DNA of 64,000 nucleotides from a virus (taxonomy: Duplodnaviria; Caudoviricetes). Each line of letters begins with the position of its first letter. Position 1 is the stretch's first letter. Of the stretch, positions 9,044 to 19,500 are shown piece after piece. The DNA lies in the IMG/VR virus record IMGVR_UViG_3300002220_000740, positions 28,246-92,245 of that record. One strand, given 5' to 3'. Made by a program: the position numbers and the translations under genes. Under the pieces are notes generated by a model, which saw only the letters and a list, made by a program, of their open reading frames with translations, was not told the origin of the DNA and did not search any database.

Positions 9044-10398
9044 AAGCCATTTGCTTCAGTATCTGTAATCTCACTGATGAGACTTGCAAAGGAAAGAAAG
9101 GAGAGATTATATATGGTAAACAGTTTACTGTATACGCTCTCAAGTCCTTCTTTCCCAAACTCTCTCTCCAGACCCTGGCGGGAGCTGTTCACCTTACAAG
9201 CCATGCAACAGCATTGCATAATAGTAAGGTAATAGCAAACCAACTGGAACTGGAGAAGGATCGCAGGATGCAACGGTACACCGTAACGTGGCATAAGATC
9301 TATGAGATGGCAGAGAACCTGATCAAAGCAAAAGAACGGGCACAAGTAGACATTATTAACCGGCTTTCAGAAGCCTTATCTGTAAAAGAAATGGAGAATT
9401 ATTATCTTAACCCCGCTATCAGCAACTCATCACTGAGCTTAATAGATCCGGAGTCTGGCGGAGCACCGGCTAAGTTCAAAGATTACATCGACGGTAAATT
9501 TGACGACGAGAAGACCCCCTCCCTGGAGAAGGGTGATTACATTCACAAGTTCATCCTGACTCCGGCGGAGTTCTCGGTGCTGACCTGTGAGATGCCTTCA
9601 GAAACGATCCAATTCCTGGTCAAGAGCATATTCACCGCTGCAGCTCACAAGAAGACCGCAGAGGAGCAGAAAGCACTCGAACTTACCAATTACAAGACCG
9701 AGCTGCTGACTGCCGCAAATGCCATGGGATACCAGAAGAACTGGAAAGATGATACCCGCGTGAACAAGCTCGTTGAAATGGGTACTCCCTATTTCAATGC
9801 ACTCAAACAGGCAGGTGACAGGACCATTCTGGACGGTGATTTGTATGAGAATGTGAAGAAGTGTGCCGAGAGCGTTAAGAGGAACGCAGCTGCAAATCTG
9901 CTGCTGATTAACTCTCCGGGGCAGGAAGTGTTCAATGAGATCGAGATTTTCTGGACCGAAGAGTGGAATGGACTTAACCTAAGTTTCAAGGCAAAGCTTG
10001 ACCGCCTTGTCATTGACCATACGGCTAAAACTTTTTCCATTGTGGATTTTAAAACCACCAGCAAGTTCATTGTCAATTTCCCGGATGCAGTGGAGTATTA
10101 TCATTACTACCGGCAGATTGCATTCTATGAGCACGCAGTACGCCAGTGGCTGGAAGGCAAAGGGTTAACCGGATATCAGGCAGACGATCATTACATCGTT
10201 GCAGTCGAGACCACCCGAGGAAACCTGTGCAGGACATATGTTATCAGCGAGCCGTATCTTCGCAAAGGAAGGAAGGAAACGGCAGAGCTGTTAAACAGAA
10301 TTGTGTATCATTTCAGCACCGGGGACTGGATCAACCCCAAGGAAGAGCAGGAAACGGTGAATAAGACGTATATGCTTATGCCAAAGGAACATGAGTAG
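8983..10398 (+). CDS. RecE/DUF3799-like PD-(D/E)XK exonuclease with an N-terminal DnaA-domain-IV-like HTH
   Basis: YYLNPAISNSSLS, GDYIHKFIL, EIEIFW, KAKLDRL, IVDFKTT, YYRQIAFY; N-terminal SLQTLAGAVHLTSHATALH; possible internal start at 9391. Confidence 0.8.
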   Translation: MERYKERPDGVERWLTPGELKAICFSICNLTDETCKGKKGEIIYGKQFTVYALKSFFPKLSLQTLAGAVHLTSHATALHNSKVIANQLELEKDRRMQRYTVTWHKIYEMAENLIKAKERAQVDIINRLSEALSVKEMENYYLNPAISNSSLSLIDPESGGAPAKFKDYIDGKFDDEKTPSLEKGDYIHKFILTPAEFSVLTCEMPSETIQFLVKSIFTAAAHKKTAEEQKALELTNYKTELLTAANAMGYQKNWKDDTRVNKLVEMGTPYFNALKQAGDRTILDGDLYENVKKCAESVKRNAAANLLLINSPGQEVFNEIEIFWTEEWNGLNLSFKAKLDRLVIDHTAKTFSIVDFKTTSKFIVNFPDAVEYYHYYRQIAFYEHAVRQWLEGKGLTGYQADDHYIVAVETTRGNLCRTYVISEPYLRKGRKETAELLNRIVYHFSTGDWINPKEEQETVNKTYMLMPKEHE

Positions 10399-10413
10399 CG
10401 GTTAACAAAATTA

Positions 10414-10444
10414 TTGTAAAAAAAATAAAGTTTTGTTTACATTG
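10414..10444 (+). promoter_or_regulatory. possible Bacteroidota sigma-A promoter (TTG...TACATTG)
   Basis: TTG at 10414 and TACATTGCA at 10438 in an AT-rich intergenic region. Confidence 0.4.
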
Positions 10445-10498
10445 CAACGCCTTTAGTCAACAATTAATCTACTGCTAATCTTCATTAAAATATAGTCG

Positions 10499-10711
10499 AT
10501 GTCCAAACAATTTTCTCCTGTTTGCAGTGTGTGTGGTTATGAGAGTCCGGCGCTTGTTCAAGCAACCGGACATTGCGCAAACTGTGGCAACGATCTTCCA
10601 TTAGTAACTTTAAGTAATGAACCTCGAAAAAATACAGCAACTAATACAGAAAGAGGACTCCAAAGGAAACTACATCCAGTTGGAACGTCCAAGTCTAAGC
10701 GTACTGCTTAG
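10499..10711 (+). CDS. small zinc-ribbon protein
   Basis: CSVC...CANC pairs; first ORF after the putative promoter; 3' part overlaps the next gene. Confidence 0.5.
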   Translation: MSKQFSPVCSVCGYESPALVQATGHCANCGNDLPLVTLSNEPRKNTATNTERGLQRKLHPVGTSKSKRTA

Positions 10712-11669
10712 GGATAACGGCAACAAAGAACGCCGAATAGGCAACATCATTGAACGAGAAGGTAGCGTGATCTACCACAAGCACGAAAGTGAAGCCGAAA
10801 TCCACCGTAAATCTAAATCCTGGTCAATCAATAGGAACGTGCTCGATGCAGTAGACATGGTCGAGTATGAAACAGACAGAGCCGTTTACACGATAGAAGC
10901 AAGGAAAGCCCGTTCAGTCGGGCTTTCTTTTAAATGGGACAACAAGTCCTTTGTGGATCGTAAATGCTTTGTACCTATTAAGCACTGGGATATAGTCTGG
11001 AAGGATAGCAACACCGGTCCAATCATCAACCTGTTCGGTTATGAATGGTACTCCGAGATTGCAACCATCGTTTACCAAGACTATGTAACAGCTCTCACAA
11101 AAACCCTGGCATCTGAATATCGGACGCATACGATGTACCCGGCAAAGGAGGATATCTTCCTTCCATACCGGCTCACCTCGTTTATGGATACCAAGGTCAT
11201 TATTGTAGCCCCGTACGTTTTCCCGACAAAGGGATCGAACGGGTTGGCATTCGGCTTCGAAGGCGAAGGTTCCGTTCCCCAGGCAACCAAAGAGTTGCTC
11301 AAGGAAATTGAATGGGACATTTACCAGGGATGCCTAATGCTCTCATCCGACGCAAGCATGCGAACTTATGCTGATCAGGGCGTGTTGCTGCTGAATTACC
11401 TGGCAACATCCAACGAACAGTTTCCGCATATGAATATCGGATGGGAGAAATTTACTGCAGATATCGTGTCTGCTTTGAGTGAAAAAAGAGAACATCTTGT
11501 GTTCATGTTCTACGGTTTTGCGACTGAATTAAGTCAGTATGTTGATAACTCAAAGCACTATGTGATCAATAATGGGGCACTTTATACCCCTGATTATGTG
11601 AGGGATAAGTACTTTACTAAGTGCAATAACTTCCTGATATCGCGTAAGTTAACCCCAATCAGCTGGTAA
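10617..11669 (+). CDS. family-1 uracil-DNA glycosylase-like protein, probably catalytically inactive, with an extra N-terminal domain
   Basis: MYPAKEDIF, TKVIIV, NGLAF, ADQGVLLLN, HMNIGWEKFT, VFMFYG fit the UNG scaffold, but GQDPY is replaced by APYVF and HPSP is absent. Confidence 0.75.
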   Translation: MNLEKIQQLIQKEDSKGNYIQLERPSLSVLLRDNGNKERRIGNIIEREGSVIYHKHESEAEIHRKSKSWSINRNVLDAVDMVEYETDRAVYTIEARKARSVGLSFKWDNKSFVDRKCFVPIKHWDIVWKDSNTGPIINLFGYEWYSEIATIVYQDYVTALTKTLASEYRTHTMYPAKEDIFLPYRLTSFMDTKVIIVAPYVFPTKGSNGLAFGFEGEGSVPQATKELLKEIEWDIYQGCLMLSSDASMRTYADQGVLLLNYLATSNEQFPHMNIGWEKFTADIVSALSEKREHLVFMFYGFATELSQYVDNSKHYVINNGALYTPDYVRDKYFTKCNNFLISRKLTPISW

Positions 11670-11736
11670 CAGAACAAATTTAATTCTGTTAAATGCAACT
11701 ATTTTACTATAAATGTGCGTATATACGAAATTAAAT

Positions 11737-11744
11737 TATATTTG
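11737..11744 (+). promoter_or_regulatory. Bacteroidota sigma-A -7 element TATATTTG
   Basis: Exact TAnnTTTG 33 nt upstream of the ATG at 11778. Confidence 0.6.
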
Positions 11745-11777
11745 TATAGTGGATTCGTAGTATTTAACTTGAACAAA

Positions 11778-12275
11778 ATGAAAAAGCGTGAAGTCGATCG
11801 AATAGATATTCAAATACTGAATATCCTTCAGGAGAACGCCTACATTAACAACAAGGACCTTGCTGAGAAGATAGGACTCTCCCCAAGCCCAACACTGGTT
11901 CGAATCCAGAACCTGCAGGAAAAAGGCATAATAGCCCATTATACGATTGAGCCGAACTATGGATACTTTGGATACACAAGCCTATTGCTCGCTAACATAA
12001 AGGTTCTTCGGGATAAATCAAGGATTTTTGAAGAAAGAGTGATCAATGCCGATTGTGTTACGAAGTGCCTGCGCCTGGATCAAGGTGGGAAGTCACTGGC
12101 AGTAAATGAATATTGGATTCATATCATGGGTAAATCAGATGCAGACTGCAAGGAATGCATTGACAACCTTACAAACCAGAATGGCGTGCCCATGGCGGTA
12201 TTCATAGAATCCACACTGGTAAAGACTGTTGTTAAAAACAGCAAGCTGAAGCTGGGTCCCGATGACGTTAAATAA
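11778..12275 (+). CDS. Lrp/AsnC family transcriptional regulator
   Basis: DRIDIQILNILQENAYINNKDLAEKIGLSPSPTLVRIQNLQEKGII is a typical AsnC HTH; C-terminal RAM-like domain; 165 aa from ATG 11778. Confidence 0.9.
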   Translation: MKKREVDRIDIQILNILQENAYINNKDLAEKIGLSPSPTLVRIQNLQEKGIIAHYTIEPNYGYFGYTSLLLANIKVLRDKSRIFEERVINADCVTKCLRLDQGGKSLAVNEYWIHIMGKSDADCKECIDNLTNQNGVPMAVFIESTLVKTVVKNSKLKLGPDDVK

Positions 12276-12315
12276 AGAAGAAGGGCTGTCCGATTGGGCA
12301 GCCCTTTCTTTTTTT
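12274..12315. terminator. bidirectional terminator between the convergent replication and virion blocks
   Basis: A-rich tract, AAGGGCTGTCC-GATT-GGGCAGCCCTT, then T-tract. Confidence 0.88.
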
Positions 12316-15300
12316 AGAACCGTGATGCTCCAAGCTGATAAGGATTTTTCTTATCCTGAGCATAGATCTCAATGAATTTACGAAGCTGGTTTACACCAGG
12401 CACCCACTGTGAGGAGTAATATCCCCATGGAGTGATATCCCTGGCAGAGTTCTCTCCGAATATCAGATCCCGCATTTCATCTCCGGTGTTGGTAAGGGTT
12501 TTCATAGCCGTACCGAGTATGCCGAATGCCGGGAATGGTGAAGATGTCAACCGGATAAACTCGGTGGGGTTATAGGTAAACATGAGTTCCGAAAGAGCAC
12601 GGCTCAGCGCCTTGTTCATTGTTCTCCCAGCCCAGGTATCATAGTACCACGGGTTCTCATCATCATCCCCTTTGCTCCCCATCAGGGTAATGACCCCAAG
12701 GAGTGCAAGGATTATACGCAACTCGTTGACCATTGCTTTGATCTGGCGATGCTTCATATCCAGGAACTGGTCATAGATCATCTTGTTGGCTTCTCCACTG
12801 TGTGAGGAAATCCACTCTTTGAATGAGATTTTGGGATTGCCGTTAAGGTTCTTCCACGTACGAAAGGCTGCCCTGTACCAGGTATCCAGTTTGTCGGTGT
12901 TCTCTTCAGCCATTCTCCACCGGTTAAAATGTGCCTTGGCGCGAGCCTCATTGACCCGCTTGATGCCCAGCTTGGTGGAAATACCGAATGTCCCCATGTC
13001 CAGGATTAACTTGCCCATATTTGGCACGACAACCTTACCAATGTACTCAGCCCAGGATGCCCCCTGTATATGATCGTATTCAGACATGTACGCCCGGAAC
13101 CTGCCGTAGTTGACAGCGTCCAGCGTCTTGTTGTAGCTGAGCTTACCGAAGCGTTCTTCCAATACGCCCGGGATCCATGTCTTGAACTGCATTGCCATTG
13201 ACATCGCCATGTTCAGACTGTGCTGGGCAATGTCCTGATCATTCATCGTACCTTTAATACGGATTGAGGCTTCCCTGACTGCATTCTTAAATTGGATGTA
13301 GCCACGCTCTCCCAGGTCCAGCTGGAACTTACCGTCCTTGTCCATGCTTGCCATATCCAGTACACTCTTGGTACCTTTGGGCAAATTCATCAACCTGGCG
13401 AGGTTCCCATCGACATCCAGACCATAATTCTGAGCCATGGCAATCAATATGGTATCATCCACGGATTCGTCGGCAAGACGTATCGGAAAGAATGCCGTCC
13501 GCGAAGAGAACATCTTCGTAGCCTTTGCACCAGCAAGCTTATGAGCCCGCTTCTGAGTAAAGTCCTCGGCGTATATGTTAAAGAACTCGCATATTCCACG
13601 CATTCTCCTGGTGTCAGTAGCGGCTAACTTGAACACATTCCTCCACTGTTTCATATCAAATGCTATGCCCTTTTTTGCCTCTACGATCGCATTGACATGA
13701 CCCTGCGCACCTGCCGCAAACCCCGGGAAGAATCCGAAGCCGAGTTTGCTGAGTGAGATGTAGCCTTTGAGGTTAAGCAGGGTCTTCTTGGTAGAGATGC
13801 CCTTCTTGGAGGTCTTGTCCAGCATACCACCTTCACCGTACTTTACTCCGTACACATGAAAGTTGTTTATCTTTTCAAAAGCATCCAGTGTGTCCGAAAC
13901 AGCCCCGAACTGTTTGGTCGCAAGACCACCGGCACGGTTGATCAGCTTCTTCCCTTTACCAGTAGTCTGATATTCATTATAATATTTGCTTGAGAGATAT
14001 TCCTTAAGCCCCAGCGCCTGATCCTCAATCTCGGACATGTACTTATAGTTGTACGCCACGTTTGCCCACTGCAGCATGACGTTGCTCAAATCGAAACTCT
14101 TCTTGTCAATCCTCTTGACCCCATCTTCGTCCAGGATCGGGTTGTGGAAAATGATCGGTATATGCCGACGCATCTTACCCGTGTTCAGATCCTGTCCCTT
14201 GATATAGATATCCTCCTCACGAACCTTAAGATTGTCCATCAGCTCTCGTATGGAACTTCCAAACTGCTTGACCCCGCCCTGCACCAGGATATCCAGTGAG
14301 TCCTTACGCACCCATGGAATAAAGTTCGAGGGAAGCTCATTGTAGTTGAATCCCATCATCTTACGAAACTCATCATTGAACTTCTGATACATATCATAGT
14401 AGCCCTTGAGTGCCGGGTTGTTCTCAATGAACCGGTACTCCTGGGACTTATACTTCTCCAGAACTTCTTTCTTAATCCTCAGCTGGTAAAGGTTAGACTC
14501 CCGCGTCCAGGCTTCATTGCTCGTCTCCAGGTTATTCTCCTTTATCCAGTTGGCTATATTATTGTCAATGATTGATTTATAATAAGACCCGGTACGTACA
14601 ACCTCCCCGTTCATCACAAGATCCTGACCGTTATTATGATCACGATACTGCTTGGAGGTATATGCCTTCAGCCGGCGCGCATAGCGTTCCTTGGACCGCT
14701 CATCAATATCGTAATGAGCTTTCATCCACTTATGATCCCGGGACTCCAGTGCTTCCTTCTGCTCATCCCAGAACTTCTGAACGAGCATCGGATGCAGGTT
14801 ACCCGTGGACATATTAACAAGCTTCATGAAAGCCTGCTTGTGTGACATGCCATTATCGGATGCCCACTTGAACAGGGCTTTCTGCGCTTCTTCCACCTCG
14901 GCATAGACCCTGCGGACCGCCTGATCCTTGCGATAGTATGCCTGGTCATATAGCTCTTTGGACTTTTGAAAGATAGCATTCTCCACCTGAGAGTGACGTC
15001 CGACAGTCTTATCAATGAGATCCAGTTCCTGCTGGGTCTTCAGCTGTCCGTTGTCCAGCTTGGCAGCCTCGTCCATGATCTCCATGGTTCTCTTGCAGAG
15101 CAGTTCATCCAACAGACCCAGAGACCGGTTAGCCATGTTCTGAGCATACGATATTTTATCAAACAGAGTCTTGAATTTCTGTGTGAACTGTACCGCATCC
15201 TCCTCTTCGGCTGTCTCAAGTGATGTGCTGAGATCCTCGATCATCGTGCTGTAAAGCACCAGCTGGTTCTTGTAATCAAGAAGCTCCTTGATATCCAGGT

Positions 15301-16525
15301 ACTCCGGGTTCAGGTCTCCGCTTGCAAGCTCCCGCGGTATCTTCATACCGGAATTGATTTGCTGGGTCAGCTCATACACATCCACCATGAGTGAGCCGAT
15401 GTCATGTTTGATCATGAGCTGGTTGAGCCCCTTGGTGATCGTGGTAATACGTTTGTAAATCCCCTCACGTTCACTGGCGGGAGCTGTCTTTACCTGCTCA
15501 CGCAGACGTTCGACGATGTTGATCTGTCCCTTGATGAGCTTATCCAGCCCCGGGATACCGGTCTTTTCATTTATGGCAATCTGCTCCAGGTACTCGGAAA
15601 CCTCTGATCCCATCTGGATGATACCAATCTTGTTGTTCAACCGGCTATCCTCTGTCCGTCCCGTTTTTTCCTTTAAGGTGTTCTGGACCATAATGGGTAT
15701 AATGCGGCTCTCGCGGATGTCCTTCACCCCGTACTTCTGGGTGAGTATCCTCTGGTATTCCCCCAGCTGCATGGTGAAACCCTCGTACTTGTACATGGGT
15801 ACAAGGTCTTTTATCAGCTGTACGTTCCCATCAACCAGGAGCAAGTCCTGACTGTGGGCACGCATGGTCTTATAGTCGTATATGGAAGCGGTGTTATCCG
15901 AGAAGAGTGCAACGATGTCCATGGTTCCCCCGATGCTGCGCTCGGCATCCATTACCAGGTGTTCAAGGTAGATCTTCACCTCACCTTTGGTACCTGTCTG
16001 CAGGTTTATCTGATCCTGAATCGCCTGGATCTGATCATAGATATGCTGTGCCCCATTGCGAAGCATTTCAAAGTCTTCGGCACTTACCCCGTAGATCGAG
16101 TCCCGGGCTGCAAAACGAATCTTGTTCATGACCGTCTCACTGCCACCGGCGATGATGTTCGTCATGATCTCCTGGAGCACACTGTGGACATAGGTCCCAG
16201 TGTCACGCTTGACCACGTTATCAGGCAGGTTTGAAATCCGGTCAGCTTCGATCTTGCCCTTGTGTGCACGGAACGTACGAGCCTGCTCGTCGGTCACGCG
16301 ATGCTCCAGCGCCTGTTCCCCGGTTGCAGCATATGTGTACACATTCTGCTTTTCCCCTTTGGCATTCATAACCTCGCCGATCTTCACCCGCTTGGGTGTA
16401 TCTTCAAGGTATTCTGCCGTGATACTTTGTGACTGATCCGGGTACAGAGTATAAACCTGCTCAAAGTTAGAGAGCATGTTCCGGAACTCCTGGTCGGTGA
16501 ATGTTACTTGCTTACAATTTGCCAT
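12314..16525 (-). CDS. large virion cargo/ejection protein with an N-terminal PD-(D/E)XK nuclease domain
   Basis: GTYVHSVLQE...EHLV...GGTMDIV...IYDYKT...QLGEY; long helical C-terminus; directly follows the vRNAP gene. Confidence 0.75.
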   Translation of the reverse strand: MANCKQVTFTDQEFRNMLSNFEQVYTLYPDQSQSITAEYLEDTPKRVKIGEVMNAKGEKQNVYTYAATGEQALEHRVTDEQARTFRAHKGKIEADRISNLPDNVVKRDTGTYVHSVLQEIMTNIIAGGSETVMNKIRFAARDSIYGVSAEDFEMLRNGAQHIYDQIQAIQDQINLQTGTKGEVKIYLEHLVMDAERSIGGTMDIVALFSDNTASIYDYKTMRAHSQDLLLVDGNVQLIKDLVPMYKYEGFTMQLGEYQRILTQKYGVKDIRESRIIPIMVQNTLKEKTGRTEDSRLNNKIGIIQMGSEVSEYLEQIAINEKTGIPGLDKLIKGQINIVERLREQVKTAPASEREGIYKRITTITKGLNQLMIKHDIGSLMVDVYELTQQINSGMKIPRELASGDLNPEYLDIKELLDYKNQLVLYSTMIEDLSTSLETAEEEDAVQFTQKFKTLFDKISYAQNMANRSLGLLDELLCKRTMEIMDEAAKLDNGQLKTQQELDLIDKTVGRHSQVENAIFQKSKELYDQAYYRKDQAVRRVYAEVEEAQKALFKWASDNGMSHKQAFMKLVNMSTGNLHPMLVQKFWDEQKEALESRDHKWMKAHYDIDERSKERYARRLKAYTSKQYRDHNNGQDLVMNGEVVRTGSYYKSIIDNNIANWIKENNLETSNEAWTRESNLYQLRIKKEVLEKYKSQEYRFIENNPALKGYYDMYQKFNDEFRKMMGFNYNELPSNFIPWVRKDSLDILVQGGVKQFGSSIRELMDNLKVREEDIYIKGQDLNTGKMRRHIPIIFHNPILDEDGVKRIDKKSFDLSNVMLQWANVAYNYKYMSEIEDQALGLKEYLSSKYYNEYQTTGKGKKLINRAGGLATKQFGAVSDTLDAFEKINNFHVYGVKYGEGGMLDKTSKKGISTKKTLLNLKGYISLSKLGFGFFPGFAAGAQGHVNAIVEAKKGIAFDMKQWRNVFKLAATDTRRMRGICEFFNIYAEDFTQKRAHKLAGAKATKMFSSRTAFFPIRLADESVDDTILIAMAQNYGLDVDGNLARLMNLPKGTKSVLDMASMDKDGKFQLDLGERGYIQFKNAVREASIRIKGTMNDQDIAQHSLNMAMSMAMQFKTWIPGVLEERFGKLSYNKTLDAVNYGRFRAYMSEYDHIQGASWAEYIGKVVVPNMGKLILDMGTFGISTKLGIKRVNEARAKAHFNRWRMAEENTDKLDTWYRAAFRTWKNLNGNPKISFKEWISSHSGEANKMIYDQFLDMKHRQIKAMVNELRIILALLGVITLMGSKGDDDENPWYYDTWAGRTMNKALSRALSELMFTYNPTEFIRLTSSPFPAFGILGTAMKTLTNTGDEMRDLIFGENSARDITPWGYYSSQWVPGVNQLRKFIEIYAQDKKNPYQLGASRF

Positions 16526-16526
16526 C

Positions 16527-19500
16527 TTAACAGTATATTTCTATTTGTCCTTCACTCATCATCTTTACGAATGCTGTGCGCTCTTCGTTGCTAAAATCAG
16601 CGTAGTCAGGGAAATACTTTTCGAAGTTGTTCAGTATCTCCATGGCAGCCGCATCTACAGAGTCTTTACTCTCCTCGGCATGCTTGTTAACCTCCTGAAC
16701 GGTGGTTACCTTGTTGTTCTTACGATCTTCGGCTTCCTTGAGCCTGCGCTCACGGATGCTTGCTTCCAGCGACGCCTGGTATGCATCCGACCGGCGCTGA
16801 TTGGTTGCCTTGGAGTAGAATGCATCCGTTGACTCTACGGCTTCCGGAGCCACGGTCAGTTCATTGATCTTATTAATAAGAATCTGGTGCGCAGCTGCTG
16901 CGTAAGGATCATTACGGAACCCGCGGAACAGACGTACCAGCTTGTTCCAGATAGCTTTCCACCAGCTCTGGATCTTGGCATCGGTGTACTCACCGACCAT
17001 GTATTTTGCAATGAGTTTGCCAACCGCCTCTTTCCGTAATTTCATATCATCTGCGTTATACACCTTTGCGTAATCGCTCTCAACCACATCCCGGTACTCC
17101 TTGTACCCGGTAATATCCCTCATCATCTTCTGATAGACAGGATTATCCGCCCCCAGCAGCTCGACGTACCAATGCGCGGCTTCCTCCGGGAGTTCAGCTA
17201 TGCCTATCTTGCCTTCGACGAACTTAACCGTACGGGTTGCCAGGTCAGCCACTGCGATGTAATCGGTGGACATTCCCTTCTCGTCCAGGATCTGCATGAC
17301 CGGTTCCAGCGGGATACCCAGACCGGCTAAGAATGTTTTGACAGCCGTGTTTAATTCGGAATCTGATTCCCGATTATCACTGCGGTGAAGGGCGTACTGG
17401 GGAGCGTACTTAAACTCCTCCTCAATATCGGTTTTAGCTGCAGGTTTGACAATTTTCGGCATTCCACCATTTGACGCCAGGACGGATCCGTGCTCTTCAG
17501 CGTAGAATTCCTTCAGATAAATACCTTCACCCTTGCCATCCGAAACCGCCCGATAGATAAAGTAGGTGTTGAAGCCATACTTCTCAGGGACCGGGTCTTT
17601 CTTGTAGATCACGATCTTGCGGGGAACCGGCTTACCAGCTTTCTGCAAAGCAGCTTTGGTCGTCAAGTCAACTGCATCAACCTCGTAGGTCAGGTAGTCA
17701 AAGGCTGTTAAAGTGGAAGTGGTAGCGATCTTGCCATAGTGGTAATGCTTGTTGCGGTAGATCTCCTCGGGCACACTATCGGACATCTGGTAGAAGTTCA
17801 TCCGCGGGACGATCCTCTTGTCACGGTAGTTCACCATCAAAAAAGAGTTGAACACATGGTCCTTCTCTGCTGCCCATGCTGCCTGGCTCATGCCGGCAAC
17901 CTCAGACTGGTACTTGGCGATGATAGCCCGGAAGATTGGCTGTATAAGAGTATTGGGGATGATGTCCGTAAAGTTCAACGGTGTCCTGGTGAACCCGTTT
18001 TGAACGATAGCCAGCTCGGCAAGATCAACAGCGAACTGCTTGACCGCCGGGTCCTGACTGTCAAAGAGCTCATTGAACCCGTTGACCAACTGGTTTACCT
18101 CCTGTGCAGTGTACTTGCGCATGAACAGCTTGATGTTTTCGGTCTCAGTGCGCTCGTCGCGGCGTCCCAGCTTGGCGTTGAAGATCTCGTACAACTCCTT
18201 CATCAGGTAGTTGTCTCCGACCTGTGCACGCATGCCAGGCATCCGGGATGCTACTGAGCTTTCTCCCATTACAAGTCGCTCGTACTCCTCATTCAGAGGA
18301 CGCGGGAAGAAAGGCTCAGCCGACAGCTCGGTGCGAGTGTGGATGATGTAATTTACAAAGTCATTCTCGAAACGGTCCAGAACGTACTCAACGTCCATTC
18401 CAAACTGATCGTCATAGACCTTGATGACATGGTCAACCAGCTCACTCATTGCTCCGTTGCCGGTAAGGAAGAAGCTGCCGTAAAGATTGGTGTTGTTCTC
18501 CCATGCATCATGGAAAGGCTTCAGCTCAGTGTCATTGAGGAACCTGTCAATATCTTCGGTTGCAAAGAACCCTACTTTGCGAACCTGCTGCAGTTTATGC
18601 CGGTGGTACACGGCACCACCCATGGTCTTGGGATAGCTACCGTCGGGACGGGTCACCTGATGGAACGCATCCAGCTGCTTGCCGAACTCACGGTACACCA
18701 GGAACTGATCGAGTATCCCGATGCCAAGCGTATCCTTCAGTTGTTTTACATTCAACATAGGATAGTCCAGCGCTGCCTTAAGTTCGTTAATCTCTGTAAG
18801 CAACGTCTCACGCTTCTTTGAACCCTTGACCGCGTTGTAGTAGTCCCGATAAAGCTTAGCCAGAGAGTTCTCATACTTGGGTCCGTTACCAAACTCCTTG
18901 GAGAGCGCGTTGTAAATCTTCTCGATGCTCTCATCCATCTCGACCGACATGTCCTCACGGTTCTTGGCTGTTTTCATCAGCATCGAACGTGACTTCTCGT
19001 ACTCAGTCATGAACCTGGTGATGATAGGCTGGGTCATGAATGCGGAGATTGTCTCCATGTCCACCGGAGCGGTTACGGAAAATCTGTTAAGGAATGAGAA
19101 CACGGGGAACCCGACCTTGTTGGCATTCAGGAAGAAGACGAACGGCTTCTTGGCTACGTCAACATAGGCTGAAAGAAACTCGGCAAAGTTCTCGGAGATA
19201 GTCCTACCACTCTTATCCGTTATATGTCCCATGGTAATGCTTTCGCCTTCAGGGATCTCCTGACCTTCAAACCAAAACTGCACTGCAGGATCTTCAATCC
19301 GGACCGGTGCACGCTGGGAGATCGCATGACTCACGTTGTGGATAGCGGCAAGGGATATCATTTCCCTACCAGCCCAGAACGCCCGGGATATTTTCATGTT
19401 GGTGCTCCAGAGGACCAGCTCAGTAGCGGTATACGCTGTCTGCTTGTCAGCCCCACCGTATTTGTCGGCATATGCCTCAAGGGTTGCCGCGGTGTTAGGA

